DNA from: a virus
Lineage: Duplodnaviria > Heunggongvirae > Uroviricota > Caudoviricetes
Strand: one strand, 5' to 3'
DNA: 64,000 nt
Virus record (IMG/VR): IMGVR_UViG_3300020045_008999
Location: 532,786 to 596,785 of that record
Below are positions 30,406-39,399 of this stretch, piece by piece. The position numbers and the translations under genes are program-made. The notes below the pieces were generated by a model that was not told the origin of the DNA, made no database searches, and saw only the letters and a list, made by a program, of their open reading frames with translations. The stretch's first letter is position 1. Each line of letters begins with the position of its first letter.

Positions 30406-31405
30406 TTTAGGATACATAAAATTAGTCTTTGATTCTGCAAAATTATTTAGGGTTGCAAAAGACGAGAAAATTGGATCACTTTCACCCAAAGCTGGTTTAT
30501 TAAAATCACAAGAATCAATTGATGGAAAATCTCTTACCAAGCGTAAGAGATTTGGCTTTGTGAATCCAATTACTTATTATCAAATCAGTAATGTATTATG
30601 TGCACTTACTGGTAATCGTCCAGTTAATTCAGTCAGGTTTACTAGATTCGAGCACAATAACGACTATATCGATTGGGCAAAACAGTGTTACTTAAAGTAC
30701 ACAAATTTACTCACATATGATGAAGATGGGCTTATTTTGCCAACTCGAAGTGTTGTCACAACTTCTAAGGCTATGGATAATTCTAATGTAACCCAAGTGT
30801 TATTAACCTGGAGTGATATTAAATATTTCGTAGGCGAATATATCAAAGATGCATTAAGCATGTCCGCTTTCGACCAGTTGCTATCCCACTATAATGTAAA
30901 CATGTGCGATGCCACTTTTGAAGATTTTTTAGAAGTGGTAGCTAAAAGTGGTGATACTAAAACATTATATACTTGGCTGTATGGTTTGAATAAAAATGGA
31001 ACCCCTTCAAAAACACTGCTGAATGATATTACTTATTATTACATTTCTAAGGGACATATTGATAAGTCGCTTCCGGGATTTAATATAAAAGGACATGTAT
31101 TTGGTAATTACACAATTCCTATGACTCAGAATATGCCTAGTTCTGGGAATATGCGAGCTACCGATGATTGGCGAATTGGTGCCAGAATAAAAAGTGGCAT
31201 CAATCACCATGAATTATTTTGTGGTGAAATTTTGGTACCAATTAGAAAAGTGGGGGATCTTCAAAAATTTCTAGTCGGGTCCGGAGTTTGTACTATATTG
31301 GATGGGGGTGTAGTGACCATACATGGCGAGGCTAATCCGGAAATTGACCACCTATCAGAATTTGAATTAGTAGGAAATATATCAGACGAACGTCTAATCA
31401 ATTAA
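30392..31405 (+). CDS. cas5: Large Cas5, type I-Fv (I-F2)-like
   Basis: 337 aa; N-terminal beta strand, TYYQISNVLCALTG helix, helical insertion, C-terminal G-rich loop GSGVCTILDGG; position between cas7 and cas6. Confidence 0.7.
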   Translation: MMGNNLGYIKLVFDSAKLFRVAKDEKIGSLSPKAGLLKSQESIDGKSLTKRKRFGFVNPITYYQISNVLCALTGNRPVNSVRFTRFEHNNDYIDWAKQCYLKYTNLLTYDEDGLILPTRSVVTTSKAMDNSNVTQVLLTWSDIKYFVGEYIKDALSMSAFDQLLSHYNVNMCDATFEDFLEVVAKSGDTKTLYTWLYGLNKNGTPSKTLLNDITYYYISKGHIDKSLPGFNIKGHVFGNYTIPMTQNMPSSGNMRATDDWRIGARIKSGINHHELFCGEILVPIRKVGDLQKFLVGSGVCTILDGGVVTIHGEANPEIDHLSEFELVGNISDERLIN

Positions 31406-31417
31406 AAAATATCATAT

Positions 31418-32182
31418 ATGCGTATTAAAATATCATTTACTGAAAACAATAAACCAGTCCCAGTAGACAATCAGTATCATTTAAATTCCTATATACATAA
31501 ATGTTTAGGAAATAACAATAAATACCACAATGCCAAAAGTGATTACTCAATTTCACATCTATACGGTGGTACTCTAAATAAGTCCAATAACACATTAAAT
31601 TTTGAAAAGGGTGGCTATATTATAATATCATCGATGGATAAAGAGTTTATGGGTGCTTTATTTGCGGGAATATATGCTAATCAACTATTTGGATTTGGCA
31701 TGCAGTTCAAATCAGTTGATAATGTAGCCGCTGAATATTTCTATGCCGGATGGAATCACTTTGCAACACTATCACCATTTATTATTAAAGAATATCAGGA
31801 TAAAAAAAACTATACATTCTTAACGCTAGATGATCCTAATTTTGAATACAAAGTGAAGCAATATTTAATTCGCAAAATTCGCAAAATCAATCCTAGATTG
31901 GATTTGTCTGATTTTGATATAAATATCAAAACTCACGAAAAGCACAAAATTAAAAAAATATTGATAAAGAATGTTATCAATCATGCGAATCAATGTCAGA
32001 TTTCAATTTATACAAATCCTAAAGTTGCTAAACTATTGTACCACATAGGAATAGGACAATCAACCGGTTCTGGTCTTGGTACAATATATCCTACATCTAA
32101 ACATAGCTTTTATCGTGAGGTGAAAATACATTCAGGTAATGTTACTAAAGTAGATAGGATCGAAAAAATGCAAATGTATTAA
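31418..32182 (+). CDS. cas6: Cas6 crRNA endoribonuclease (I-B/III-like, not Cas6f)
   Basis: MRIKISF, YSIS, TLSP, C-terminal GIGQSTGSGLG (GhGxxxxxGhG). Confidence 0.9.
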   Translation: MRIKISFTENNKPVPVDNQYHLNSYIHKCLGNNNKYHNAKSDYSISHLYGGTLNKSNNTLNFEKGGYIIISSMDKEFMGALFAGIYANQLFGFGMQFKSVDNVAAEYFYAGWNHFATLSPFIIKEYQDKKNYTFLTLDDPNFEYKVKQYLIRKIRKINPRLDLSDFDINIKTHEKHKIKKILIKNVINHANQCQISIYTNPKVAKLLYHIGIGQSTGSGLGTIYPTSKHSFYREVKIHSGNVTKVDRIEKMQMY

Positions 32183-32274
32183 TAATAGTGTGTATAAAAT
32201 GTGTCGAAATCAGAATATTAACACCCAAAAATCCAGTACAAACTACTACACTTCAATAAGTTATACTGTGGTAT
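32183..32274 (+). promoter_or_regulatory. CRISPR leader, array 1
   Basis: AT-rich; ACAAACTACTACA (32238-32250) is shared with the leader of the second array. Confidence 0.6.
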
Positions 32275-32864
32275 AGTAGTACTTATAGTAATCCGTAAGG
32301 GAATCACAACCATTCAGAAGGAGCAAATCCTAAATTATTAAGTAGTACTTATAGTAATCCGTAAGGGAATCACAACAACGGTATAACTCTTATAATCACC
32401 GCGGTCAGTAGTACTTATAGTAATCCGTAAGGGAATCACAACACGGAAAAGACGAAAGTTTAATATATAGGAGTAGTACTTATAGTAATCCGTAAGGGAA
32501 TCACAACCGGATCTAGGTTTATTAAAATTTTAGTTAAGTAGTACTTATAGTAATCCGTAAGGGAATCACAACACTTATTAATTCCTGCGACTGGCGAGTA
32601 ACAGTAGTACTTATAGTAATCCGTAAGGGAATCACAACTAGTAATCGAAAAAACGGTTAGTGATTACAGTAGTACTTATAGTAATCCGTAAGGGAATCAC
32701 AACATGATGAGAAGAAATAAAAATGTGGATCAAAGTAGTACTTATAGTAATCCGTAAGGGAATCACAACACTCTATAGATTATTTAATAACTCTAAGAAA
32801 GTAGTACTTATAGTAATCCGTAAGGGAAATATAATAGAATTAATTGGGATCTAATTTTATGAAT

Positions 32865-32961
32865 GGGAATTATATCGGTCCGTGTGGAAAACACATCATA
32901 ATATGTTTAAGTTCTTTGAAATCTTTGGTAGTTATAGTGATCTGAAAGGGAATCACAACAA
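32865..32961 (+). repeat. 97-bp block duplicated within array (copy 1)
   Basis: 2 mismatches versus 33715-33811. Confidence 0.9.
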
Positions 32962-33714
32962 AGTGTAAAAATTGGTTTCCATATACTATGGTAGTACTTA
33001 TAGCAATCCGTAAGGGAATCACGACCACGCTATAGATTATGCTGGTAGAAATACAGTTAATAATTATATCAATCCGTAAGGGAATCACAACAGGCGTTCT
33101 CATGGAGGCGGCTTTGAATAAAGTAGTACTTATGACAATCCGTAAGGGAATCACAACAAGTGACACTTCAATGCCAAAAAAAGTAATAGTAGTACTTATG
33201 ACAATCCGAAAGGGAATCACAACATAAACGGATTACACACCACACGGCTAGAAAGTAGTACTTATGACAATCCGAAAGGGAATCACAACTAGTTATGGAC
33301 GTAGAGAGAGATCCCTTTAAGTAGTACTTATGACAATCTGAGAGGGAATCACAACACATAAATAATTTTACCACAATCCGAAAGGGAATCACAACGTGAT
33401 AAACGCAATTTGGTCGTTTGGGTCCAGTAGTACTTATGACAATCCGAAAGGGAATCACAATGTCGGATGTCATGTTAATACATCTCAGATGAGTAGTACT
33501 TATGACAACCCGAAAGGGAATCACAACTATAGTGGCCTCTAGCTCCACTTTTGTTACAGTAGTACTTATAGCAATCCGTAAGGGAATCACAACGGAAATC
33601 TTCTTGAGGCACAACAGGAAAATAGTAGTACTTATAGCAATCCGTAAGGGAATCACAACAGGACCGATAGCGTGGTGTATAATAGATTTGAGTAGTACTT
33701 ATGTTAATCCATAA

Positions 33715-33811
33715 GGGAATTATATCGGTCCGTGTGAAAAACACATCATAATATGTTTAAGTTCTTTGAAATCTTTGGTAGTTAAAGTGATCTGAAAGGG
33801 AATCACAACAA
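33715..33811 (+). repeat. 97-bp block duplicated within array (copy 2)
   Basis: 2 mismatches versus 32865-32961. Confidence 0.9.
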
Positions 33812-34238
33812 GCGTAAGCAACACCAATATTTTAAAGAGTTGCCACTTATAGCAATCCGTAAGGGAATCACAACAGTGCTGCGGGTAATTATCCAAATAA
33901 AATTAGTAGTACTTATAGTAATCCGAAAGGGAATCAGAACAAACTGTATTGGGGTAGTCATTTTATTTTTGGTAGTACTTATAGCATTCCGTAAGGGAAT
34001 CACAACATCATTGAATTTGAGCTAGGTGTTCAAGCAGTTGGTACTTATAGCAATCCGAAAGGGAATCACAACAATCAGTGCATCAAAAATTGAATAATCA
34101 TTAGTAGTACTTATAGCAATCCGAAAAGGAATCACAACAAATGAACAGAATTAAATTAGAATTAGAAAAGTAGTATTTATAGTAATCCGTAAGGGAATCA
34201 TCGCAAATAACCTGGTGAAAATTTAAAGAAAAATAATT

Positions 34239-34550
34239 ATGGAAAGAAAACGAATTTTAAGTCAAATACCCATCAATACTGATATGTTTATGACTTCTTT
34301 TGAAAAAGCAGCTATTCTTTTGTTGGTGCAGAAAGAAAACTTGGAAAATGATGGGTGGACTAACATTCATTTGAAGATGGATTATTATAATGATGGTGCA
34401 GATTTGATCGTAATGGGTATGCGATTAGAAAACGATACTGAATATAATAATCGATTAGCTACTGAGCAAAAGAAGACAATTGTTGCCGAAAAGAAAGCAA
34501 AAAGAGAACGTGAAAAATATGAGCAATTTAAACGAAAATTTGAATCATAA
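34239..34550 (+). CDS. Hypothetical protein
   Basis: RLENDTEY...coiled C-terminus. Confidence 0.6.
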   Translation: MERKRILSQIPINTDMFMTSFEKAAILLLVQKENLENDGWTNIHLKMDYYNDGADLIVMGMRLENDTEYNNRLATEQKKTIVAEKKAKREREKYEQFKRKFES

Positions 34551-34639
34551 GTTAATACAGTTTCATACTATATTATAAATGTTTGAAAATATGTTAATGC
34601 TATATTTTATTTTGTATATTTGTATAAAAATACACAACC

Positions 34640-35044
34640 ATGAAGGATATCGCAATTGTTCGAAATATGTCAATTGACTTATTATTAGGTATAGATAATC
34701 CAATAATTACGTGGTTTGGTTATTTGTGGGATAAAATAAAATGTATAGAAACTGATGTACATCACTCGAATGGTGGTGAGTTTATTTATTATACAACAAG
34801 TGGAATTGACAATAAAATTATATTTTATCAAGACAATTCACATAACGTATTCTGGTGCCATCATACCAACTTCTGGTCAGTATTGCAAAACATTTGTAAT
34901 TATTCAGATACTGATGTTCAATCAATTATTAAATTCTTGGTAGAGAGCAAAATAGAAAAGTCAATCAGCCTTCCAAGATATGGTGTGCGTGATTATGGAC
35001 CCTACCAGGACGAAGCGTTACAACGTACTTTATCAAAACTTTAA
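34640..35044 (+). CDS. Hypothetical protein
   Basis: ORF; TATATTTG at 34615-34622. Confidence 0.6.
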   Translation: MKDIAIVRNMSIDLLLGIDNPIITWFGYLWDKIKCIETDVHHSNGGEFIYYTTSGIDNKIIFYQDNSHNVFWCHHTNFWSVLQNICNYSDTDVQSIIKFLVESKIEKSISLPRYGVRDYGPYQDEALQRTLSKL

Positions 35045-35054
35045 ATATTTAAAA

Positions 35055-35591
35055 ATGGATAAAATTAAAAAAACAATACGTGACATAAAAAAACATGTTA
35101 ACTCATTGGATAGTGATCTATATCAAGAAAATAAATTGATCATAGACACATGTTTTGCATCAGCCATTGATATTATAGAAAAAAATAATATCAAGACGGA
35201 CTTAGTGGCAGAACCAAGATTTCCAATTGATTTTTTCGAATTTTCGTTTTTGGTAGAGGCGTGCATTCCACCTAGGCCAATCGCCAGAGCGATGTTTTGG
35301 AAAAATGTAATAGATATCCACTTCCATAAAATGACACCGGTTGAACGGGATAACCTATTTGAATGGGTAAATCGATGCAATTCAATGATAGATGGTATTG
35401 AAAATGGCAATGAAGATTGTTTATTATTCAATGCGCGTTTTGATAAGGAAAATCAATATATAGTGACAACAAAATACAACGGTGAAATAGCTAACCATAC
35501 CTGCTTTAAATGGTTAGATAAATATCATACAACAATATCCCGTTCGGTATTCGAAGAATACATAATAGCGATTAATAAACTTAATTTCTAA
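35055..35591 (+). CDS. Hypothetical protein
   Basis: ATG MDKIKK after previous stop. Confidence 0.6.
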   Translation: MDKIKKTIRDIKKHVNSLDSDLYQENKLIIDTCFASAIDIIEKNNIKTDLVAEPRFPIDFFEFSFLVEACIPPRPIARAMFWKNVIDIHFHKMTPVERDNLFEWVNRCNSMIDGIENGNEDCLLFNARFDKENQYIVTTKYNGEIANHTCFKWLDKYHTTISRSVFEEYIIAINKLNF

Positions 35592-35595
35592 TAGT

Positions 35596-35919
35596 ATGTG
35601 TTGGTTTATTAATATATTTACTCGCAATAAAAAAATAAAATGTGATATACATGGCGATAATTCCTGTATGGGTGATTGTCACTGGGCAACCGATTGGGAT
35701 AAGGCAACATATAAAATAAGGAAGACTAGTAATGATAATGATGAGGTGCGATTTACCGTATACCGAACACTATTTGGTGTTACCAAAATGGTAAGTCATT
35801 GGATTGGACATCCTACTATTAAAGAAGCAATGAAACAAGTTAAATCTGATAAATTATTTTACCAAGAAGAGTGGATTCGAGAAAATACAAAAAAGGAAGA
35901 GTGGATTGAAGTGGTATAG
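35596..35919 (+). CDS. Hypothetical protein
   Basis: ORF in operon. Confidence 0.55.
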   Translation: MCWFINIFTRNKKIKCDIHGDNSCMGDCHWATDWDKATYKIRKTSNDNDEVRFTVYRTLFGVTKMVSHWIGHPTIKEAMKQVKSDKLFYQEEWIRENTKKEEWIEVV

Positions 35920-35937
35920 ATATTTAATATATAGGAC

Positions 35938-36342
35938 ATGAAATATATTAAGTACATCAATAAATTTATCTTAATTAAAGAGTCCGTTGATGTTTATGAT
36001 TATGGTCGAAAAAATGGCAACTTGGAAATGTATTTTCGGGAAACACAAAAACTAAGTATAAAATTCACCAGTGAAGAAATCAGTGAAATTCAAACAAGAT
36101 TACCCAATTTTAAATTTATCCCACAAGAATGCGATGGTTATCATTATTTATATGCAGAGTTTGTCGGGTTTTTTACTAGTTACTGGGTGATACATTATTA
36201 TGGCGATTACTGCTATGGCGTATTTCAGTGGGATACCAATATGGCATTCCATCAGGAATTAACATGGGTGGAATTTTGCGACACTTTAGAGCCGGTCATC
36301 AAACGTATGTTACGCAATCAGAAACTAATATCTGGTGAATAG
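35938..36342 (+). CDS. Putative internal head protein
   Basis: MKYIKYINKFILIKES; TTTAATATATA at 35923-35933. Confidence 0.5.
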   Translation: MKYIKYINKFILIKESVDVYDYGRKNGNLEMYFRETQKLSIKFTSEEISEIQTRLPNFKFIPQECDGYHYLYAEFVGFFTSYWVIHYYGDYCYGVFQWDTNMAFHQELTWVEFCDTLEPVIKRMLRNQKLISGE

Positions 36343-36371
36343 CATTGCTCATAATAAAAATCATTCATAAT

Positions 36372-37067
36372 ATGGAACCAATAAAATTTATAACAACTAC
36401 ATTCGAACAATACATATCGGAAGCGCATACTACAGCAAACACTAAATGGTATCACGGGACCCCAGATGGTAGAAAAGTTGACCAGGATGGTGGATTTCAC
36501 ACAAACAAAACCACCGTCGATTATGTAACAGACCCCGTAAAATTTAGTAATTTACAGGACCAGTTAACAAAAACTAGGGAATCAAATGATATGGTTGCCT
36601 ATCATAAAATATTGAATACCGTCAGTGCTTATAAAAGTAATTTTGAATACAATAAGCCATTATTTTTATCAAACAATTATACTGTTGCCAAAACCTACGC
36701 GGACCCAAGGAGAGCATTTGATTATCAAAATTCATTAGAAAAGGTATATAGTGTAGCCACGAGCTGTGAAAATATTGTACAAATTTATGCACCGGGTGAA
36801 CGGTTCAGATTCATAGCAATACATAATGTTCGCGATGGCTTTATTAAAGCTGGAGTATCACCGGGTGAAATTGATCGGTTAATTACAATGTTTAATTATT
36901 ATGTAAAGGATAGCGCGGGAATTAAAACGGATCTGATTGCAGCAATAGGTAGTTGGTTGAAATTCGATTGTATTGATGTTATTGGGGTTTTAGATTCGCA
37001 TAACGGGGGGAATATTAGATCAACTGTTAGAATGTTACTGGATCCTTCTGATGCCAAAATAATTTAA
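36372..37067 (+). CDS. Putative ADP-ribosyltransferase-fold protein
   Basis: TTFEQYISE leader; WYHGT...LFLSNNYTVAKTYA. Confidence 0.55.
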   Translation: MEPIKFITTTFEQYISEAHTTANTKWYHGTPDGRKVDQDGGFHTNKTTVDYVTDPVKFSNLQDQLTKTRESNDMVAYHKILNTVSAYKSNFEYNKPLFLSNNYTVAKTYADPRRAFDYQNSLEKVYSVATSCENIVQIYAPGERFRFIAIHNVRDGFIKAGVSPGEIDRLITMFNYYVKDSAGIKTDLIAAIGSWLKFDCIDVIGVLDSHNGGNIRSTVRMLLDPSDAKII

Positions 37068-37135
37068 TTAAATCATTAGGTTATTATTGAATTAGTTATT
37101 ATATTTGTCATTATATTAATTTATAAAATTATTAA

Positions 37136-37669
37136 ATGAAAAGTCCACTCAATGGCAAGGAAATGTCTAAAATCTCAGAAGAATCTTCAATTAATTATAA
37201 AGGAAGAATCGTAAAATATGCACATGTCTGTTTTCTATGTGATAGTAGTGGTAATAAATTTACTACCACTGAATTAGATGAAGGAAATCTACGAACAATT
37301 CATGAAAATTACAATAAATTGAATCATGTAATCTATGTCGGTAGTCCATATTCTAATTCAGATGATTCAATTCGTATAAAAAACTTCGAGATTGTATCAA
37401 GGTACACTGCTAAATTAATTGCAGCTGGACATACTGTGTTTAGTCCGATTTCATATGGTCATACAATGCTTGATTTTTGTGATATGCCAACAGATTTTAA
37501 TTTTTGGAATAATTTCTGCTTAGCATTTTTATCAAAATGTGATGAATTGATTGTTTTAATGATTCCAGGCTGGGAAAAGTCAATTGGACTTACCGCTGAA
37601 ATTAATTACTGTAATGTGAATAACATACCGATAACATACATCAGCGTTGATGATGTACATAAATTATAA
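37136..37669 (+). CDS. DUF1937 / nucleoside deoxyribosyltransferase-fold protein with N-terminal extension
   Basis: IYVGSPYS, VFSPI, CDELIVL..PGWEKSIG..AEI. Confidence 0.7.
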   Translation: MKSPLNGKEMSKISEESSINYKGRIVKYAHVCFLCDSSGNKFTTTELDEGNLRTIHENYNKLNHVIYVGSPYSNSDDSIRIKNFEIVSRYTAKLIAAGHTVFSPISYGHTMLDFCDMPTDFNFWNNFCLAFLSKCDELIVLMIPGWEKSIGLTAEINYCNVNNIPITYISVDDVHKL

Positions 37670-37672
37670 ACC

Positions 37673-37930
37673 ATGGACTACTCATTAATACTTATTATCA
37701 TTCATTTTACATTTACCATCATTTCAGTCATATTGAGCATCAATGAGGCACATAAGGGTTATTCTGTGAAAGATCTAATTTTGGACATCCTACTTTCAAT
37801 GATTCCAATTATAAATATTGTATACCCAATTTCCGTCTTTTATAAAAAATATATGGTGGATACGATCAATAAAATAAAAAGATTAATCGGTAATAAAAGT
37901 AAGATTTTTTTAAATAAACCTATAAAATGA
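37673..37930 (+). CDS. Small membrane protein
   Basis: Two hydrophobic segments, IPIINI. Confidence 0.55.
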   Translation: MDYSLILIIIHFTFTIISVILSINEAHKGYSVKDLILDILLSMIPIINIVYPISVFYKKYMVDTINKIKRLIGNKSKIFLNKPIK

Positions 37931-38115
37931 ACACCATACTAACTAGATGGATCGTACTTGGTTAACTCGAGTGTAGTTTGGTATTGCTACCATATAGTAT
38001 TTCTCCAATAATAAAGCTATATTTGCACAATAAACCTGTTCACTTTATTATACAAATAAAGGTTTATTATATTGATAACTAGTACATTATTATATAATTT
38101 ATAACAATAATAAAA

Positions 38116-38481
38116 ATGGTCAACCGTATAACTAAAATAGAAATGTTGGAATCCGATAAACTTATTCTAGAATTCGGGACATACATTGTTTCTAATAATG
38201 ACATAACTACGATTGAAAATTACTTTGTTCGCAATACTAAATTTAAAATAATTGACATTGTTCACCAAAAATACAATGGATATTCAAAAGTACATGATGC
38301 GTTTGTTGAGGATGAATTAATAATAAAATTATCAGGACCAAATGGTGAATTATGGATTACTTACGAATCTAATTCCTTTTGGGAAAAATTTCATTTATTG
38401 AAACATGGTAATAAGCGAATTACATTGTTTGGATATACTATTGATATTTATAAATCAAACCCATTAAATAAATCAAATTAA
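38116..38481 (+). CDS. Hypothetical protein
   Basis: ORF. Confidence 0.55.
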   Translation: MVNRITKIEMLESDKLILEFGTYIVSNNDITTIENYFVRNTKFKIIDIVHQKYNGYSKVHDAFVEDELIIKLSGPNGELWITYESNSFWEKFHLLKHGNKRITLFGYTIDIYKSNPLNKSN

Positions 38482-38483
38482 AC

Positions 38484-38696
38484 ATGACAGATCGAATTAA
38501 AGGATTTACCGTAATTTTAGAACATGATATACGAGTTGACGACGTCCAGGGGCTAATGGAAGCAATGTGTATGTTAAAAGGGGTGTCAGAGGTGATTCCT
38601 AGTACAGCAACACCCGATGATCACATGAATCGTGCCAGGGTAAGAGGTGAGTTCAGAAATAAACTTATCGATTTCCTAAATGATCAAATTACCTAA
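38484..38696 (+). CDS. Hypothetical phage protein
   Basis: MTDRIKGFTVILEHDIR. Confidence 0.6.
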   Translation: MTDRIKGFTVILEHDIRVDDVQGLMEAMCMLKGVSEVIPSTATPDDHMNRARVRGEFRNKLIDFLNDQIT

Positions 38697-38714
38697 ACCA
38701 ACATTCTTTCTATA

Positions 38715-39206
38715 ATGATTATATTATTAGACATCGATGGTGTTTTGGTAACTACCCCACCTTGGAAAAAAGTTAATTTATTGGATGATGGGTTTATGGA
38801 ATTTAATCACATCTCAACGCAACTATTATTAAAATTGTATGAAAAAACAAATGCTGAAATAGTACTAACCACATCGCACCGTATCAATTATTCAGTTGAT
38901 CAATGGGAAAAGATATTTCGGTATAGGGGTTTGCCATTTAAGACTATTTCTAAAATAAATGAAGTGGTCGATGTTCAAAAAATTGGCAGACGTAGTTGTG
39001 AAATTAATGAGTGGGTAACAAAGTATGGATTCGATAAAAATTATGTCATAATTGATGATGATTTATCGATTAATTCATTATCGCTAAGCATAACAAGTCG
39101 CACTGTACATACATCACTAATGGTTGGATTTGATGAGGCAGCATATGATAAAGCATTTAAAATATTAAATTATGAAATTATGGAATCGTCCCCTACCAAA
39201 ATTTAA
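38715..39206 (+). CDS. HAD-family phosphatase (RNA-repair-associated HAD_SAK-like)
   Basis: LLDIDGVL, VLTTSHR, YVIIDDD. Confidence 0.75.
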   Translation: MIILLDIDGVLVTTPPWKKVNLLDDGFMEFNHISTQLLLKLYEKTNAEIVLTTSHRINYSVDQWEKIFRYRGLPFKTISKINEVVDVQKIGRRSCEINEWVTKYGFDKNYVIIDDDLSINSLSLSITSRTVHTSLMVGFDEAAYDKAFKILNYEIMESSPTKI

Positions 39207-39399
39207 TCTACGAAGATTTGTATCAGATTCATTATACGAATGGATGCTGGACCACCTACCTCGCCGATTAATGTTCTATAAAAAATCTATTGATAGTCAA
39301 CACACTATGTGGTTTCCTAGATATGGTCTAACCAAGGGTCAGATTGATGCGGCCAAGTTAGAAGCGGATAGAAAATACAATCAAATAAAATTCAAATAG
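39172..39399 (+). CDS. Hypothetical protein
   Basis: ORF. Confidence 0.45.
   Translation: MKLWNRPLPKFNLRRFVSDSLYEWMLDHLPRRLMFYKKSIDSQHTMWFPRYGLTKGQIDAAKLEADRKYNQIKFK

Larger units (their letters stand above)
32275..34204 (+). CRISPR. CRISPR array 1: 29 repeats (36 nt, AGTAGTACTTATAGTAATCCGTAAGGGAATCACAAC and variants) in three sub-arrays 32275-32835, 32924-33726, 33774-34204
   Basis: Repeats counted by eye (9+13+7, one 5'-truncated at 33373); spacers mostly 29-31 nt; each sub-array ends in a 3'-degenerate repeat. Confidence 0.97.

Noticed and set aside
26866-32182. Cas9, Cas13b, Cas8 or Cas1/Cas2 expected from the repeat format
   Set aside because: No ORF of suitable size or with RuvC/HEPN/Cas1 motifs near either array in this window; cas genes are contiguous
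32183-32274. tracrRNA-like anti-repeat near arrays
   Set aside because: Only short matches such as ACTACT; no extended complement to the repeat seen
32770-33055. Two spacers share CTATAGATTAT (11 nt)
   Set aside because: Remainder unrelated and AT-rich; likely chance
32870-34025. ORFs with repeating VVIPLRI / VLIVIRKGITT peptides
   Set aside because: Translations of CRISPR repeats (66-nt period), not genes
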